From Planctomycetales bacterium (GTDB lineage: Bacteria > Planctomycetota > Phycisphaerae > SM23-33), in assembly GCA_030612725.1 (NCBI GenBank), contig JAUWNJ010000001.1:134648-198647 (forward strand): a DNA stretch of 64,000 nt. Reading direction: 5' to 3'. Below, one piece after another: positions 46,394 to 56,052 of this stretch (positions are counted from its first letter, which is position 1; each line of letters begins with the position of its first letter). The position numbers and the translations under genes were made by a program. The notes under the pieces are model-generated. The model was given only the letters and a program-made list of their open reading frames with translations. It made no database searches and was not told the DNA's origin.

Positions 46394-47278
46394 ATGTCAA
46401 ACGGTTTAGTTTCTCTGATACTGGCTGCGACGACGCATCCGTCGAGCGACGGGGTATTGACAGGCCGGATGCTTGCGCTTCTGGCGATGGGGATTTGCGT
46501 GCTTGCGGTCTGGACATTTTTCCGCCTGTTGCGTCCTGGAAAGTTTTTTCTATCCGACACGCCGGGCCGGTCGAACTCGCTGCACATCCTGCATATTTTC
46601 GCAGTGTACATTGCGCACATGGTTGTCGGTTGGCTGGCGCTGTTGGTCATAGCGTTCTGGCAGGGCGTCGAGTTGGTATCAGGTGAACCCGCACCGATGA
46701 CCGTGAGTCTCCCGGCAACGGGCGTCAGGTTGGTGGTACTTATCGTCGGGGTGATGGTTGTCGCGTCGATGACGTTTTCCGGCGGCGTGAGGCGCGGGTT
46801 GGGATTCAGCAGCCGGAGATGGCTCATCGATACCGGGCGAGCGATTGTGGGGTTTCTGGCGATCCTTCCGCTGTGCATCGCGGCATTGATGTTGATGAAA
46901 TATCTGGTTGACAGGGGCATCCTGCCTATTGATCTGACGGAGCATCCTGCCCTGGGGTTTGTTCGCCAGGCATCGACGGCGTGGGTGGTCGTGGTGTTCG
47001 TCGTTGTTGCTGTCCTTGCGCCGATCGGGGAGGAGTTGTTTTTTCGCGGGCTTGTCCAATCGCTTCTTCGCAAGCATCTCGGTGGTCCCTGGCCTGCGAT
47101 ACTGGCGACGTCGGTCATCTTCGCAGCCGTTCATGTGCCCATCTATAAGGACATGCCCGCGCTTTTCCTGCTTAGTGTGGCATTGGGGTACAACTACGAG
47201 CGGACGGGACGATTGCTCAGTCCGATACTAATGCACGCCATATTCAACGCCGCGATGCTTTGGCATGTGTTAGGTTGA
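46394..47278 (+). CDS. CPBP-family (CAAX protease/Abi) intramembrane metalloprotease
   Basis: EELFFRG and FAAVH motifs with surrounding TM helices. Confidence 0.7.
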   Translation: MSNGLVSLILAATTHPSSDGVLTGRMLALLAMGICVLAVWTFFRLLRPGKFFLSDTPGRSNSLHILHIFAVYIAHMVVGWLALLVIAFWQGVELVSGEPAPMTVSLPATGVRLVVLIVGVMVVASMTFSGGVRRGLGFSSRRWLIDTGRAIVGFLAILPLCIAALMLMKYLVDRGILPIDLTEHPALGFVRQASTAWVVVVFVVVAVLAPIGEELFFRGLVQSLLRKHLGGPWPAILATSVIFAAVHVPIYKDMPALFLLSVALGYNYERTGRLLSPILMHAIFNAAMLWHVLG

Positions 47279-47600
47279 AGCAGAAAAAGGAGAAGAGAGA
47301 TAGCGATAATGCGCATAAAAAAAGACTGCCGGTGCGGGGAATCCGGCCTCCTCGCCAAATCTCCGCACTCCAGCAGCCTTTACATAAGTACCCTCTCGTT
47401 TGCCTCTCCAGTAAATCCAGGCAAAGGGTCGATGAGCCTCCCGCCCGGCGGCATGAGCATTGCTCGCTGAGCAGAGTCCATAACTGAACTTATTATACGC
47501 GGAAACGGGGATTTCGTCAAGTGAAATTTGATTTTTCCGGAAATGCGTAGCACGGGCGATGCGTAGCATCACTACGCGAGACGCCCTGTTACTGATGAGG

Positions 47601-48296
47601 TTACCTGATGAGGTCTGTGATGATACGAACCATTTCGGGCATCCTGTCCGCCAGTAATCCGAGCGGTGCGACCAGCATTGTCGTGGCGATCAGCAGGAAC
47701 GTAACGGCCATGGGCGTAGCGACGGTTGGTATCTCAGCCAGTTGTGAGGAGATAAGTTTTTCAAATCTTCCGCCGAAATCGGCTACATCGTCGCCTTCGG
47801 TCGAAATTGAGACATTTCTCAGAAGCGGCATGGTCGAAAATTTCAGCACGAAGTTTTTTTTCTGCAGCGTGAGACTTTTGTTTCGTCGCTCGAAGGGTTC
47901 GCCCATTTCCTTCAGTGCTCGCTCTGCGGCGCGAAGGGCTGCCGGGAGGGTAATGTTATAGACGACCCAGTTGCCCGCCCGTCGCGGCGCCAGCACTATC
48001 GCAACGGAGATCATTACGCCGATTACCGCCGGTAGCGCCCAGACGGAGGTTCCGAAGTAATTCATCACGGGCACGCAGAAGACAGGGGCGAAGGCTGCGT
48101 TGAGCAGGATAAAGTCGCTGCGTGCGGCGAGTATCTGGGGATTGGGCCGACTGTTGAGCAGTCCCAGGAGCAGGAAATAAACCGCCACAGGCGCCACAAC
48201 CGCTGCGACCTGAACGGCAAGACTAAATTGTTCGCTACCAACCATAGCAGAGTACCCTGACCTTGATATTCTACTCGATATCCTGCGGTTTTGCAA
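47601..48296 (-). CDS. Hypothetical membrane protein
   Basis: TM helices; no motifs. Start ambiguous (MVGSEQ at 48245 is an alternative). Confidence 0.35.
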   Translation of the reverse strand: MQNRRISSRISRSGYSAMVGSEQFSLAVQVAAVVAPVAVYFLLLGLLNSRPNPQILAARSDFILLNAAFAPVFCVPVMNYFGTSVWALPAVIGVMISVAIVLAPRRAGNWVVYNITLPAALRAAERALKEMGEPFERRNKSLTLQKKNFVLKFSTMPLLRNVSISTEGDDVADFGGRFEKLISSQLAEIPTVATPMAVTFLLIATTMLVAPLGLLADRMPEMVRIITDLIR

Positions 48297-48615
48297 CCTT
48301 TCTGTATCCGATTGCGTGAATTACGTCAAGAACTTCAGTCCACGTGGGGAACTGGCGGTTATTGACGCTTTTGTACCGTTTTATTGCCATGAGGAATTCG
48401 AACTGTTCGTCGGTCATTTCGCCTTCTTCGGCGGCCTTTCGGGATTCGCTTCGTCGGTGTCCCGGACCGCGCCGACGGTCCAGCCCCACGCGCTGCTCAA
48501 TGACATTAATCCGCCGTTCCGAGTCTTTGCGTCGATTTTCACCTTTACGCTTCTCGTCCGTCAAACCGGCGTTGTCCTGATCCGTCTTCTTCGCAGATGT
48601 TTTATCTTCAGTCAC
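48271..48615 (-). CDS. Hypothetical small basic protein
   Basis: Arg-rich N-terminal half (RRINVIEQRVGLDRRRGPGHRR); structured-looking C-terminal half (EQFEFLMAIKRYKSVNNRQFPTWTEVLDVIHAIGYRK). Confidence 0.35.
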   Translation of the reverse strand: MTEDKTSAKKTDQDNAGLTDEKRKGENRRKDSERRINVIEQRVGLDRRRGPGHRRSESRKAAEEGEMTDEQFEFLMAIKRYKSVNNRQFPTWTEVLDVIHAIGYRKVAKPQDIE

Positions 48616-48694
48616 GTGCCGTTCTCCTGGGAGATAAATCTTTCCCTGACTCTTCTATCGGCACGATGCTTCTGTAAGTGCAGGGTTCTACAAA

Positions 48695-49060
48695 CTAGAA
48701 ATATTCATTTTCTTCGTCGTCGTGGCGTTCTGTCTTGAAGCCGTCGGCGGGTCCGAATTCGTCTTCTGACTCATTGTTGTCGTCTTCTTCGCAGAAGCTT
48801 CCTATTTCATCCAGTTGCGATATGCACTCTTTGGCATCGGTCAACATTGATTCGGGGACGAGAATCGGTACGCCCTTATGTTGTCGTTTGCTCCGAGCGG
48901 GTGGAGGTTCGTAGTCCTCGTCCATTATCGCCGGTATGTCGTGGTCCTCCAGAAGTTGGCAGTACCAGTCTGCCTGTTCAAAGGAATGGGCGTACACCAC
49001 AGGCACGTATCCGCTAAAGTTTTCCGATTCCAAATCACCAGGTTTGTTCTTCGACATCAC
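48695..49060 (-). CDS. DUF2007-like small acidic protein (PII-like putative signal-transducing fold)
   Basis: YVPVVYAHSFEQADWYCQLLEDHDIPAIM pattern, then an acidic tail EEDDNNESEDE...DDEENEYF. Confidence 0.4.
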   Translation of the reverse strand: MMSKNKPGDLESENFSGYVPVVYAHSFEQADWYCQLLEDHDIPAIMDEDYEPPPARSKRQHKGVPILVPESMLTDAKECISQLDEIGSFCEEDDNNESEDEFGPADGFKTERHDDEENEYF

Positions 49061-49535
49061 ATCACCATACTAATGTTGGCCACTGAAACTATTTACCTCG
49101 TTACAGACTTCGAACGCAAACATAATTTTTCGACTATCTCCAAAGCATTTCAAGAGTAAAAACGCCTTCGGCGAGAAAATTTTCTAACCCCGTCCGGGGC
49201 GCGACGGTAAGATGTCAAGCCGACGAACGCGGTATCCGATATATAGCGAAGGCAGGGTACAACCGCTGGGGAATGCCTGAAATGCTCTGAACCCATCTGC
49301 CGGCGGACAAGCGGATAAAACAGGCCCGTGAAATAATTGAAAAAGGTTACAATGATTACTCGCCGGACACTCACGACCTGCATACGAGTTGATTTGTGAA
49401 GATGCGCCGTTTGCTGTGATTCGTCGTTAAAAAACCTTGAAAAATAAAGAACAACATCAAAAACCTTGGTTTTCCGGGCGAGTTCTGGTACATTGCCGCA
49501 ATGTTGATTCCGGTGGTATTATCGGGAAATAGATT

Positions 49536-50270
49536 ATGAAAATTGCGATGGTTGCATTGGTTTTGGTGGTGTCGGCCCTTGCAGGATGCTCGCCGACCAA
49601 CGATGAGTATGTTACCGACGCCAGGCTTGATCAAGGGCTTGTGATTATCCTTCCGGGCATCGAGGGCGAAGGGGCCAACAGCTACAACATTCGCCGGGGA
49701 CTTCTTTCGGCGGGGGTCGGGTCGGCCATTCCGATTTACCGATGGGGGCGCCCCATCCCATTGGCGGGGGTGCTACTGAACCAGACCGATTTTCTCGGCA
49801 ACCATCTTGCCGGGGGAAGGATCGCCAGGTTCATCGAAAATTATCAGGATACCCATCCCGGAAAACCGGTCTGGATAATCGGGCATAGCGGCGGCGGTGG
49901 CGTCGCGGTCTTCGCCGCTGAAGAACTGGAGGAAAACCGGAAAATCGACGGGCTGGTGCTTCTCTCGGCCAGTATCTCCGGAAACTACGACCTTACCAAG
50001 GCCCTGTCGCATTGCCGGAGCGGGATTGTGAATTTCTATTCCGGGCGTGACGAGATACTCGGCGCGACCCTTTTCGTCGGAAACGTCGATGGTGGGCGTG
50101 CGCGTTCAGCAGGACTTGGCGGATTCGATAAGAACCCGTCGGGACTCCGGGAAGTCCCCTGGCACAGTGGAATGTCGTCCAGCGGGAACCACGGCGGACA
50201 CATGGACTCCACCAGCCCAAGGTTCATTACAAGGTACGTCGCGCCGCGAATGAGGGGGTCGGGGTGGTAG
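49536..50270 (+). CDS. Alpha/beta hydrolase lipoprotein
   Basis: Lipobox LAGCSP; nucleophile elbow GHSGGG; possible TTGGTT/TACATT promoter around 49466-49500. Confidence 0.55.
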   Translation: MKIAMVALVLVVSALAGCSPTNDEYVTDARLDQGLVIILPGIEGEGANSYNIRRGLLSAGVGSAIPIYRWGRPIPLAGVLLNQTDFLGNHLAGGRIARFIENYQDTHPGKPVWIIGHSGGGGVAVFAAEELEENRKIDGLVLLSASISGNYDLTKALSHCRSGIVNFYSGRDEILGATLFVGNVDGGRARSAGLGGFDKNPSGLREVPWHSGMSSSGNHGGHMDSTSPRFITRYVAPRMRGSGW

Positions 50271-50457
50271 TACTTCGTTGGATTTGAATCTGTCAGCATG
50301 ATGATGCGACACAGACCTGCCCGCCCACTGAAAACAACAAGGAATGCACGGCGGGCAGGCGGGCAGGTCTGTGTCGAATTAATAATGCCTGGAGAGTCAT
50401 TGATTTAATAATGGACAGAATATCTGCAGGCGGTGCCACAGAAAAAGAAAGGCAAAC

Positions 50458-51399
50458 ATGGCAAAATATCTGGTTACAGGCGGAGCGGGATTTATCGGTT
50501 CCAATCTCGTCAGGTACATATTGGCGAAGGGGCATGACGTTGTTGTTGTCGATAATTTCGCCACCGGAAAACGTCAGAATATCGTCGATTTCGTCGATAA
50601 GATTGAATTTATCGAAGGCGACATTCGCGATCGCGATACGATGGACAAAGCCGTCGCCGGCGCGTCCGCGATTTTTCACGAGGCGGCATTGGGGTCGGTC
50701 CCGCGAAGCGTTAAGGAACCGCTCATAAGTCACGACGTCAACGTCAACGGTACGCTGACGGTGCTTGAATCGGCCAGGGCCGGCGGGGTGAAGCGGGTCA
50801 TTTTTGCGGCGAGTTCAGCGGCTTACGGTAACAGGGAGGAATCCCCCAAGCATGAGGCTATGACGCCGCTACCGATCAGTCCATACGCTGCAAACAAGGT
50901 GGCTTGTGAGTCTTACATGCGGGCCTATGCCGCCTGTTACGGTATGGAAACGCTGTGTCTGCGCTATTTCAATGTTTTCGGGCGTTACCAGGACCCCGAG
51001 GGCGCGTACGCAGCGGTGATTCCCGCCTTCGTATCAAGCATACTCAAAGGTCAAAAACCCGTGGTCTTCGGCGACGGCGAACAAAGCCGGGACTTCTGCT
51101 ATATCGACAACGTCTGCGAGGCGAACTGGTTGGCGGCCAACGCACCGGCCCAGGTCTGCAATGGAGCCGCGATCAATATCGCCTGCCATGCGCACACGAC
51201 CCTTAATGAAATTCTCGCCATGTTGAAAGAACTGATGGATTCCGACATCGAGACCGAATATACCGATACGCGTCCCGGCGACGTGAAGCACAGTCTTGCC
51301 GACGTGTCGCTGGCAAAAAAGACGATAGGATACGAACCGAAGGTCTTCTTCGCCGACGGAATTCGCAAGGCGATTAACTGGTACACTGAGAACCTGTAA
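50458..51399 (+). CDS. NAD-dependent epimerase/dehydratase (UDP-sugar 4-epimerase-like, extended SDR)
   Basis: GGAGFIGS Rossmann motif, catalytic YAANK, about 310 aa. Confidence 0.85.
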   Translation: MAKYLVTGGAGFIGSNLVRYILAKGHDVVVVDNFATGKRQNIVDFVDKIEFIEGDIRDRDTMDKAVAGASAIFHEAALGSVPRSVKEPLISHDVNVNGTLTVLESARAGGVKRVIFAASSAAYGNREESPKHEAMTPLPISPYAANKVACESYMRAYAACYGMETLCLRYFNVFGRYQDPEGAYAAVIPAFVSSILKGQKPVVFGDGEQSRDFCYIDNVCEANWLAANAPAQVCNGAAINIACHAHTTLNEILAMLKELMDSDIETEYTDTRPGDVKHSLADVSLAKKTIGYEPKVFFADGIRKAINWYTENL

Positions 51400-51456
51400 C
51401 CCTCGAATTTTTATCGGCGTGCTTAGCCCAATGGGGCGGGCTTTTGTGAGGTATGC

Positions 51457-52476
51457 GTGGCGGAACACAAACTGAACATCCTGTTCACCTGTGCCGGTCG
51501 GCGGGTCGTCCTGTTGGAGGCTTTCCGTCGGGCAATGAAGGAACTGGACGTAGCCGGGAAAATTCTGGCGACGGATATAACCAACGCATCGGCTGCATTT
51601 CATAAAGCCGATAAGGGTATAGTGGTTCCCCCGACCGGGACGGTCGAATATATTCCCGCCCTGTTGAAAATCTGCACTTCCGAAAATATCGGTCTGGTTA
51701 TTCCGCTGACGGACCTTGACCTTCGCAGCCTGACGCGCCGGCGTGAAGAGTTTTCCTCTATCGGCAGCGAAATAATGATAGGTTCGCCGGAGACCATTGG
51801 GATGTGTCGGGACAAGACCCTCACAAGTAAGTTTCTCCGACGGATTGGTCTTCAGACCATTCGCACCTTCTCTCTGGAGCAGTTCAGGGAAAAGCCGTTT
51901 TTTCCGTGTTTCATCAAGCCGATTCGCGGTTCGGCGAGTATCGGGACCGGCAAGCTTCATTCCGAAGCCGAGATGAACGCCCACCTGGCGACCTATGGAA
52001 ACCTGATGCTCTTTCAGGATTACGTTCCCGGTGCGGAGTACACACTCGATATTTACCGAAGTCGTAGCGGAAAGGTTCTCAGCGTGGTTCCTCGCCAGCG
52101 GTTGGCTATCCGCGCCGGTGAGGTAGAGAAGGGCCTGACCGTTAACGACAGCGAATTAATCGACGCCGCCGTCTGTCTCGGTGAAAATCTGGACGGTCTC
52201 TGGGGCGTCGTCAACGCCCAGTGCCGAAGACCCTCCGGCGACAAAGCGCACTTTTTCGAGATTAATCCGCGTTTCGGCGGCGGCGCGCCGTTGTCAATTA
52301 ACGCCGGAGCGGACTTACCGAGATACGTCCTGGAAGAAACGCTGGGTATGCCCATATCGGCCGGGATGGGAAAATTCCAACCGGACATGCTAATGCTGCG
52401 ATACGATGACGCGGTATTCGTCCATGCCGATAATCCTTCAGAACTACCGGGTTTCGATACGCCACAAAAAAGATAA
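51457..52476 (+). CDS. ATP-grasp domain protein (carbamoyl-phosphate-synthase-like short form)
   Basis: CFIKPIRGSASIG...FEINPRFGGG are ATP-grasp signatures. GTG start. The stop overlaps the next gene's ATG (TAAATG). Confidence 0.65.
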   Translation: MAEHKLNILFTCAGRRVVLLEAFRRAMKELDVAGKILATDITNASAAFHKADKGIVVPPTGTVEYIPALLKICTSENIGLVIPLTDLDLRSLTRRREEFSSIGSEIMIGSPETIGMCRDKTLTSKFLRRIGLQTIRTFSLEQFREKPFFPCFIKPIRGSASIGTGKLHSEAEMNAHLATYGNLMLFQDYVPGAEYTLDIYRSRSGKVLSVVPRQRLAIRAGEVEKGLTVNDSELIDAAVCLGENLDGLWGVVNAQCRRPSGDKAHFFEINPRFGGGAPLSINAGADLPRYVLEETLGMPISAGMGKFQPDMLMLRYDDAVFVHADNPSELPGFDTPQKR

Positions 52477-53187
52477 ATGACTGTCATGCCCGTACGACCC
52501 AGTCGCATCCAAGCCGTCGTCTTCGACCTGGACGACACGCTCTTTCTCGAGCGCAATTACGTTCGCAGCGGATTCGCCGCTGTGGGCGAATACCTCCGTA
52601 ACCAGACCGGTCGGCGCGTAACGTTCGAGCAGTGGATGTGGCGACGATTCGTATCAGGCCGGCGCGAAGGAATGTTTGACTCGCTCAGCAAGCACTTCAA
52701 CCTGTCTCTGACGAGCAAGGATATTCACCGACTTATCGAGGTTTATCGCTCTCACAGGCCTGACATTCGTCCGTGCCGGGGCGTCGAGGCGGTGCTGGCG
52801 TCTCTTCGCCGACGCAGGATGAAACTGGGGCTGATTTCCGACGGCTTCCTGCCCGCCCAGCCACTGAAACTACAGGCAATCGGGCTGGGGAAATACTTCC
52901 ATAAAGTCATCTTCACTGAGCAGATGGGTCGGGATGCGTGGAAGCCTTCGCTTCGGGCGTTTGAGTCGATCCGTCGGGCATTGCGCGTCCCGCACGCCGG
53001 ATGTGTTTATGTAGCCGATAACCCAGCGAAGGATTTTATCGCCCCTAACGGCTTGGGTTGGATGACGGTTCAGTGGCGCAGGGGCCGGCAGGTTCACGCG
53101 GGCAATCCCGCACCGCGGGGAGGGTGCCCTCAAAGAATCGTCCGTTCAGGCCCGGAACTGCTGAGGTTGGTAGCACGTTTTATGTGA
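52477..53187 (+). CDS. HAD-superfamily hydrolase (subfamily IA-like)
   Basis: Motif I VVFDLDDTL; motif III-like region ADNPAKDF. Confidence 0.7.
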   Translation: MTVMPVRPSRIQAVVFDLDDTLFLERNYVRSGFAAVGEYLRNQTGRRVTFEQWMWRRFVSGRREGMFDSLSKHFNLSLTSKDIHRLIEVYRSHRPDIRPCRGVEAVLASLRRRRMKLGLISDGFLPAQPLKLQAIGLGKYFHKVIFTEQMGRDAWKPSLRAFESIRRALRVPHAGCVYVADNPAKDFIAPNGLGWMTVQWRRGRQVHAGNPAPRGGCPQRIVRSGPELLRLVARFM

Positions 53188-54205
53188 ACAAGCGTATTTT
53201 GCTCGGTTCGGTCGATGCGACGCTTTGGGTTGGCTGGGGTTGGGGTTGAATTTCTTCTTCGTCCGATTCAAAGCCGACGGCTTGGCGCACGACATAGACG
53301 GGTCTGCCCCTGGTTTCGTCGTAGATTCTTCCGACGTATTCGCCGCAGATACCGATTGCCGCCAGTTGCATACCCGTCAATCCGACGGCCAGCATCACCA
53401 AGTTGGCGAGAATCGCTCCACCGAGAAAAGGCCAGAGTATCAGTGCGAAGACGCCATAGAGTATCGCCACCGCCGTCATTGCCGCACCTGTCAGTCCGAT
53501 CAATCGAAGCGGCATCACGGAGAAATCGAACAGGCCGGCGGATCCTATCGGCGCCGGTTTGCCCGACGTGTCTCCGGGAGCGGAATCGTATTGAACCTCT
53601 GCCTGGCGGAAGCCCACCCAGCGAACCATGCCGCGAAGAAAACGCGACCTCTCGCGCACCTGGCGGAGAACATCGACGACCTTTCGGTCCAGCAGGCGGA
53701 AATCCGACCGGTTGGTTACGTCCATACCCGTTAACCGTCGGGCCAGGCCGTGGACGCACCTTCTTGCCAACCGGCGAGGCAAAGATGAAGATGCCTCTTC
53801 GGTGTGCGTTTTGACCGTGCAGACCACCTCGTATCCCTGACGCCATCTGGCGACGAGTTCGGCGATAATCTCCGGGTGGTGTCGTCCGGCGGCGTCGATG
53901 CTGATAACGGCCAGACCTGTCGCGTAGTCGTAACCGGCGGTTATCGCTTCGGCGTCTCCAAAGGTGCGAGAGAACGAAACATATCTGACGCGCTCGTCGT
54001 CTTCGCCGAAGCCGCAAATAATCTCCAGCGATTCGTCAGTTGAACCGTCGTCGATGAAAATAATCTCGTACGACTGATCCAGTTTGTCCGCAGCCTGGCG
54101 CAAATTCGAATAGAACTCCGGCAGACTTTGGGCTTCGTTGAAAACCGGAACGACGAAACTGAATGTAGTTTCCGCGATGTCGTGATGCTCATCCATAGCA
54201 ATCAA
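53180..54205 (-). CDS. GT2 polyprenyl-phosphate glycosyltransferase (DPM1/ArnC-like) with C-terminal TM helices
   Basis: FSFVVPVFNEAQSL, IIFIDDGSTD, DAD-like region, two C-terminal TM helices. Confidence 0.8.
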   Translation of the reverse strand: MIAMDEHHDIAETTFSFVVPVFNEAQSLPEFYSNLRQAADKLDQSYEIIFIDDGSTDESLEIICGFGEDDERVRYVSFSRTFGDAEAITAGYDYATGLAVISIDAAGRHHPEIIAELVARWRQGYEVVCTVKTHTEEASSSLPRRLARRCVHGLARRLTGMDVTNRSDFRLLDRKVVDVLRQVRERSRFLRGMVRWVGFRQAEVQYDSAPGDTSGKPAPIGSAGLFDFSVMPLRLIGLTGAAMTAVAILYGVFALILWPFLGGAILANLVMLAVGLTGMQLAAIGICGEYVGRIYDETRGRPVYVVRQAVGFESDEEEIQPQPQPTQSVASTEPSKIRLFT

Positions 54206-54259
54206 CCTTGAATTTCACCATAGACTAACTACTCCTGCGGATTTGTAAAGACCACAAGT

Positions 54260-55084
54260 TTACAGATTGTCCGCTTTGGTGTTGCAGAGCCAATCGGAAG
54301 CTGTTTCCAGTAGTACGTGATGCAGCGCGAGGATCGTCTGGTAATCGAAAGCCACGTCCACGTCGTTAAAGCCCTGTGGCGATTCGTGAGTCATCGGCAT
54401 TGCAGCGCCGGCGTGATAGAACATAGCCGTCTGGCCCAGCGCCGGCGGGCACTCGCCGCGAGGTCCGTCTTCGGTAACCTCCGGCATCCAACTGTTATAT
54501 GGGATGTCCTGCGAGTCGAGGTCCTTGGCGTATTGCTGGGCGAAGGCGAGGATGTCTTCCTTTACCGCCACCGGCGCATAGTCAGTCTGGAGGATAGCGG
54601 GCGGGGCGTGGAAGCCGTGGAGGTTCAGCAGCATATCGGGGCCTTCGGCACTGACAACTTTCATTATGGCGGTCGTGGTGCGGCTCATCGGGTCGATCCA
54701 GTTGTCTTGCGCTAGGTTCACGCCTTCGTCGTCGAAGTAGCATCCCAGAAAGCCCACGTCGCCCCGCATCGGATGGACCTCTTTGCATCCGGGCCAGCCG
54801 TAGAGCGAGCCGTCCTTGCGTGTGCCCTGACCGACGCGGTGCATCTCTTCTTCCGGCAGGCCTACCCATCCGTCGTAGGGGTAGCGGGCGCGCCCGTCGG
54901 GATTGGCGATGGGGATAATAATCAGCCGCAGCCGCTGGAGTTTTTCCCGCAGTTCAGGCTGGGGCTTGCCGGCGATGTCTTTTCCGGTTTCCAAGACGTT
55001 GATAATCGACAGAGCGCCGATTGTCCCTTCCGGTTCTGCTCCGTGTGCTCCTGCCTGGATCATCAGCACGGGTCTTTTTCGCAC
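54260..55084 (-). CDS. M14-family zinc carboxypeptidase-like protein (succinylglutamate desuccinylase/aspartoacylase superfamily). The N-terminus is possibly truncated by a frameshift.
   Basis: HGAEPEG and NLHGFH zinc-binding motifs; GTG start. The same frame stays open about 150 nt further upstream with no start codon, while an ATG at 55259 is in a different frame. Confidence 0.6.
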   Translation of the reverse strand: MRKRPVLMIQAGAHGAEPEGTIGALSIINVLETGKDIAGKPQPELREKLQRLRLIIIPIANPDGRARYPYDGWVGLPEEEMHRVGQGTRKDGSLYGWPGCKEVHPMRGDVGFLGCYFDDEGVNLAQDNWIDPMSRTTTAIMKVVSAEGPDMLLNLHGFHAPPAILQTDYAPVAVKEDILAFAQQYAKDLDSQDIPYNSWMPEVTEDGPRGECPPALGQTAMFYHAGAAMPMTHESPQGFNDVDVAFDYQTILALHHVLLETASDWLCNTKADNL

Positions 55085-55275
55085 GCCAGGCCCGCGGCGG
55101 TAGTAGGCATCGGGCTTACGCGCACCCAGGGCGGAGTTCCAGTTCGCCGTTCCGCGAAGTTCCGGCTCGGCGTCGCCGTAAGTTACCGACCGGACTGTCC
55201 TGCCACCGGGGGATTGGGACCGAACTGGTCAGAATTTCACCTGATTGATTTTCGCTCATTGCAGTAGTTTCTTTC

Positions 55276-56004
55276 TTATTTCTGACAACATGCTTTCACC
55301 GCTGCAAGCAGGGCTATTGAGGCGGTTTCGATTCGGAGAATCAAACTTCCCAGCCGGACGCCGGCAAATCCGCTCTTTCCTGCCGCGGCGGTCTCATCGT
55401 CGGTTAGCCCGCCTTCCGGGCCGATAAGGATAACGATACTTTTTCCCACCGACCATCCATTCAGAACGGACGGAATTGTCGTGTCGCCTTCGGCGTGGCC
55501 TAGAATCTTTATATCAGCATCGGTGGAGGCAAGGAAGTTTTTCAGCGTTTTCGTTTCGGCGATTTCCGGCAGGAAATTGCTTCGGCACTGCTTGGCTGCG
55601 GCGATACATGTCCTGCGCCATCTCTCGGACGGGGCGGTTGTTGCGACGCTGCGATGAAAGATAATCGGCGTCAGGCGAGCGGCCCCCAGTTCGGTCGCCT
55701 TTTCCAGCAGCCAATCCAGCCGCTTGCCTTTGGGGATTGCGAACGCCAGATCCACCAGCGGTTCGGGGCGATTTTTGGCCTCCTGCTGACGGAGAATATG
55801 AACATCCGCCTGCTTTCGTCCGTGCAGGCGAAGCGTACCGTCGGCGCTGCCTCCGGCTCCGTCGAAGAGATTGACCTCCGCACCGTCTTTGAGTCGCAGG
55901 ACGTCGATGGCGTGGTGCGCCTCATCGGCGGACAACTCAACCGTCTCGCCGACCAGCGACTCGACGAAGAAGCGGCGCAAGTGATTCCTGCTGGTCTTAT
56001 CCAT
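55276..56004 (-). CDS. rsmE: 16S rRNA (uracil1498-N3)-methyltransferase
   Basis: PUA-like N-terminus; C-terminal SPOUT motifs (VILIGPEGGLTDDE...LGSLILRIETA). Confidence 0.75.
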   Translation of the reverse strand: MDKTSRNHLRRFFVESLVGETVELSADEAHHAIDVLRLKDGAEVNLFDGAGGSADGTLRLHGRKQADVHILRQQEAKNRPEPLVDLAFAIPKGKRLDWLLEKATELGAARLTPIIFHRSVATTAPSERWRRTCIAAAKQCRSNFLPEIAETKTLKNFLASTDADIKILGHAEGDTTIPSVLNGWSVGKSIVILIGPEGGLTDDETAAAGKSGFAGVRLGSLILRIETASIALLAAVKACCQK

Positions 56005-56052
56005 ATCTAAAACAAAAAGGCAAACCACAAAGAACACAAAGAAAAAAACTTT

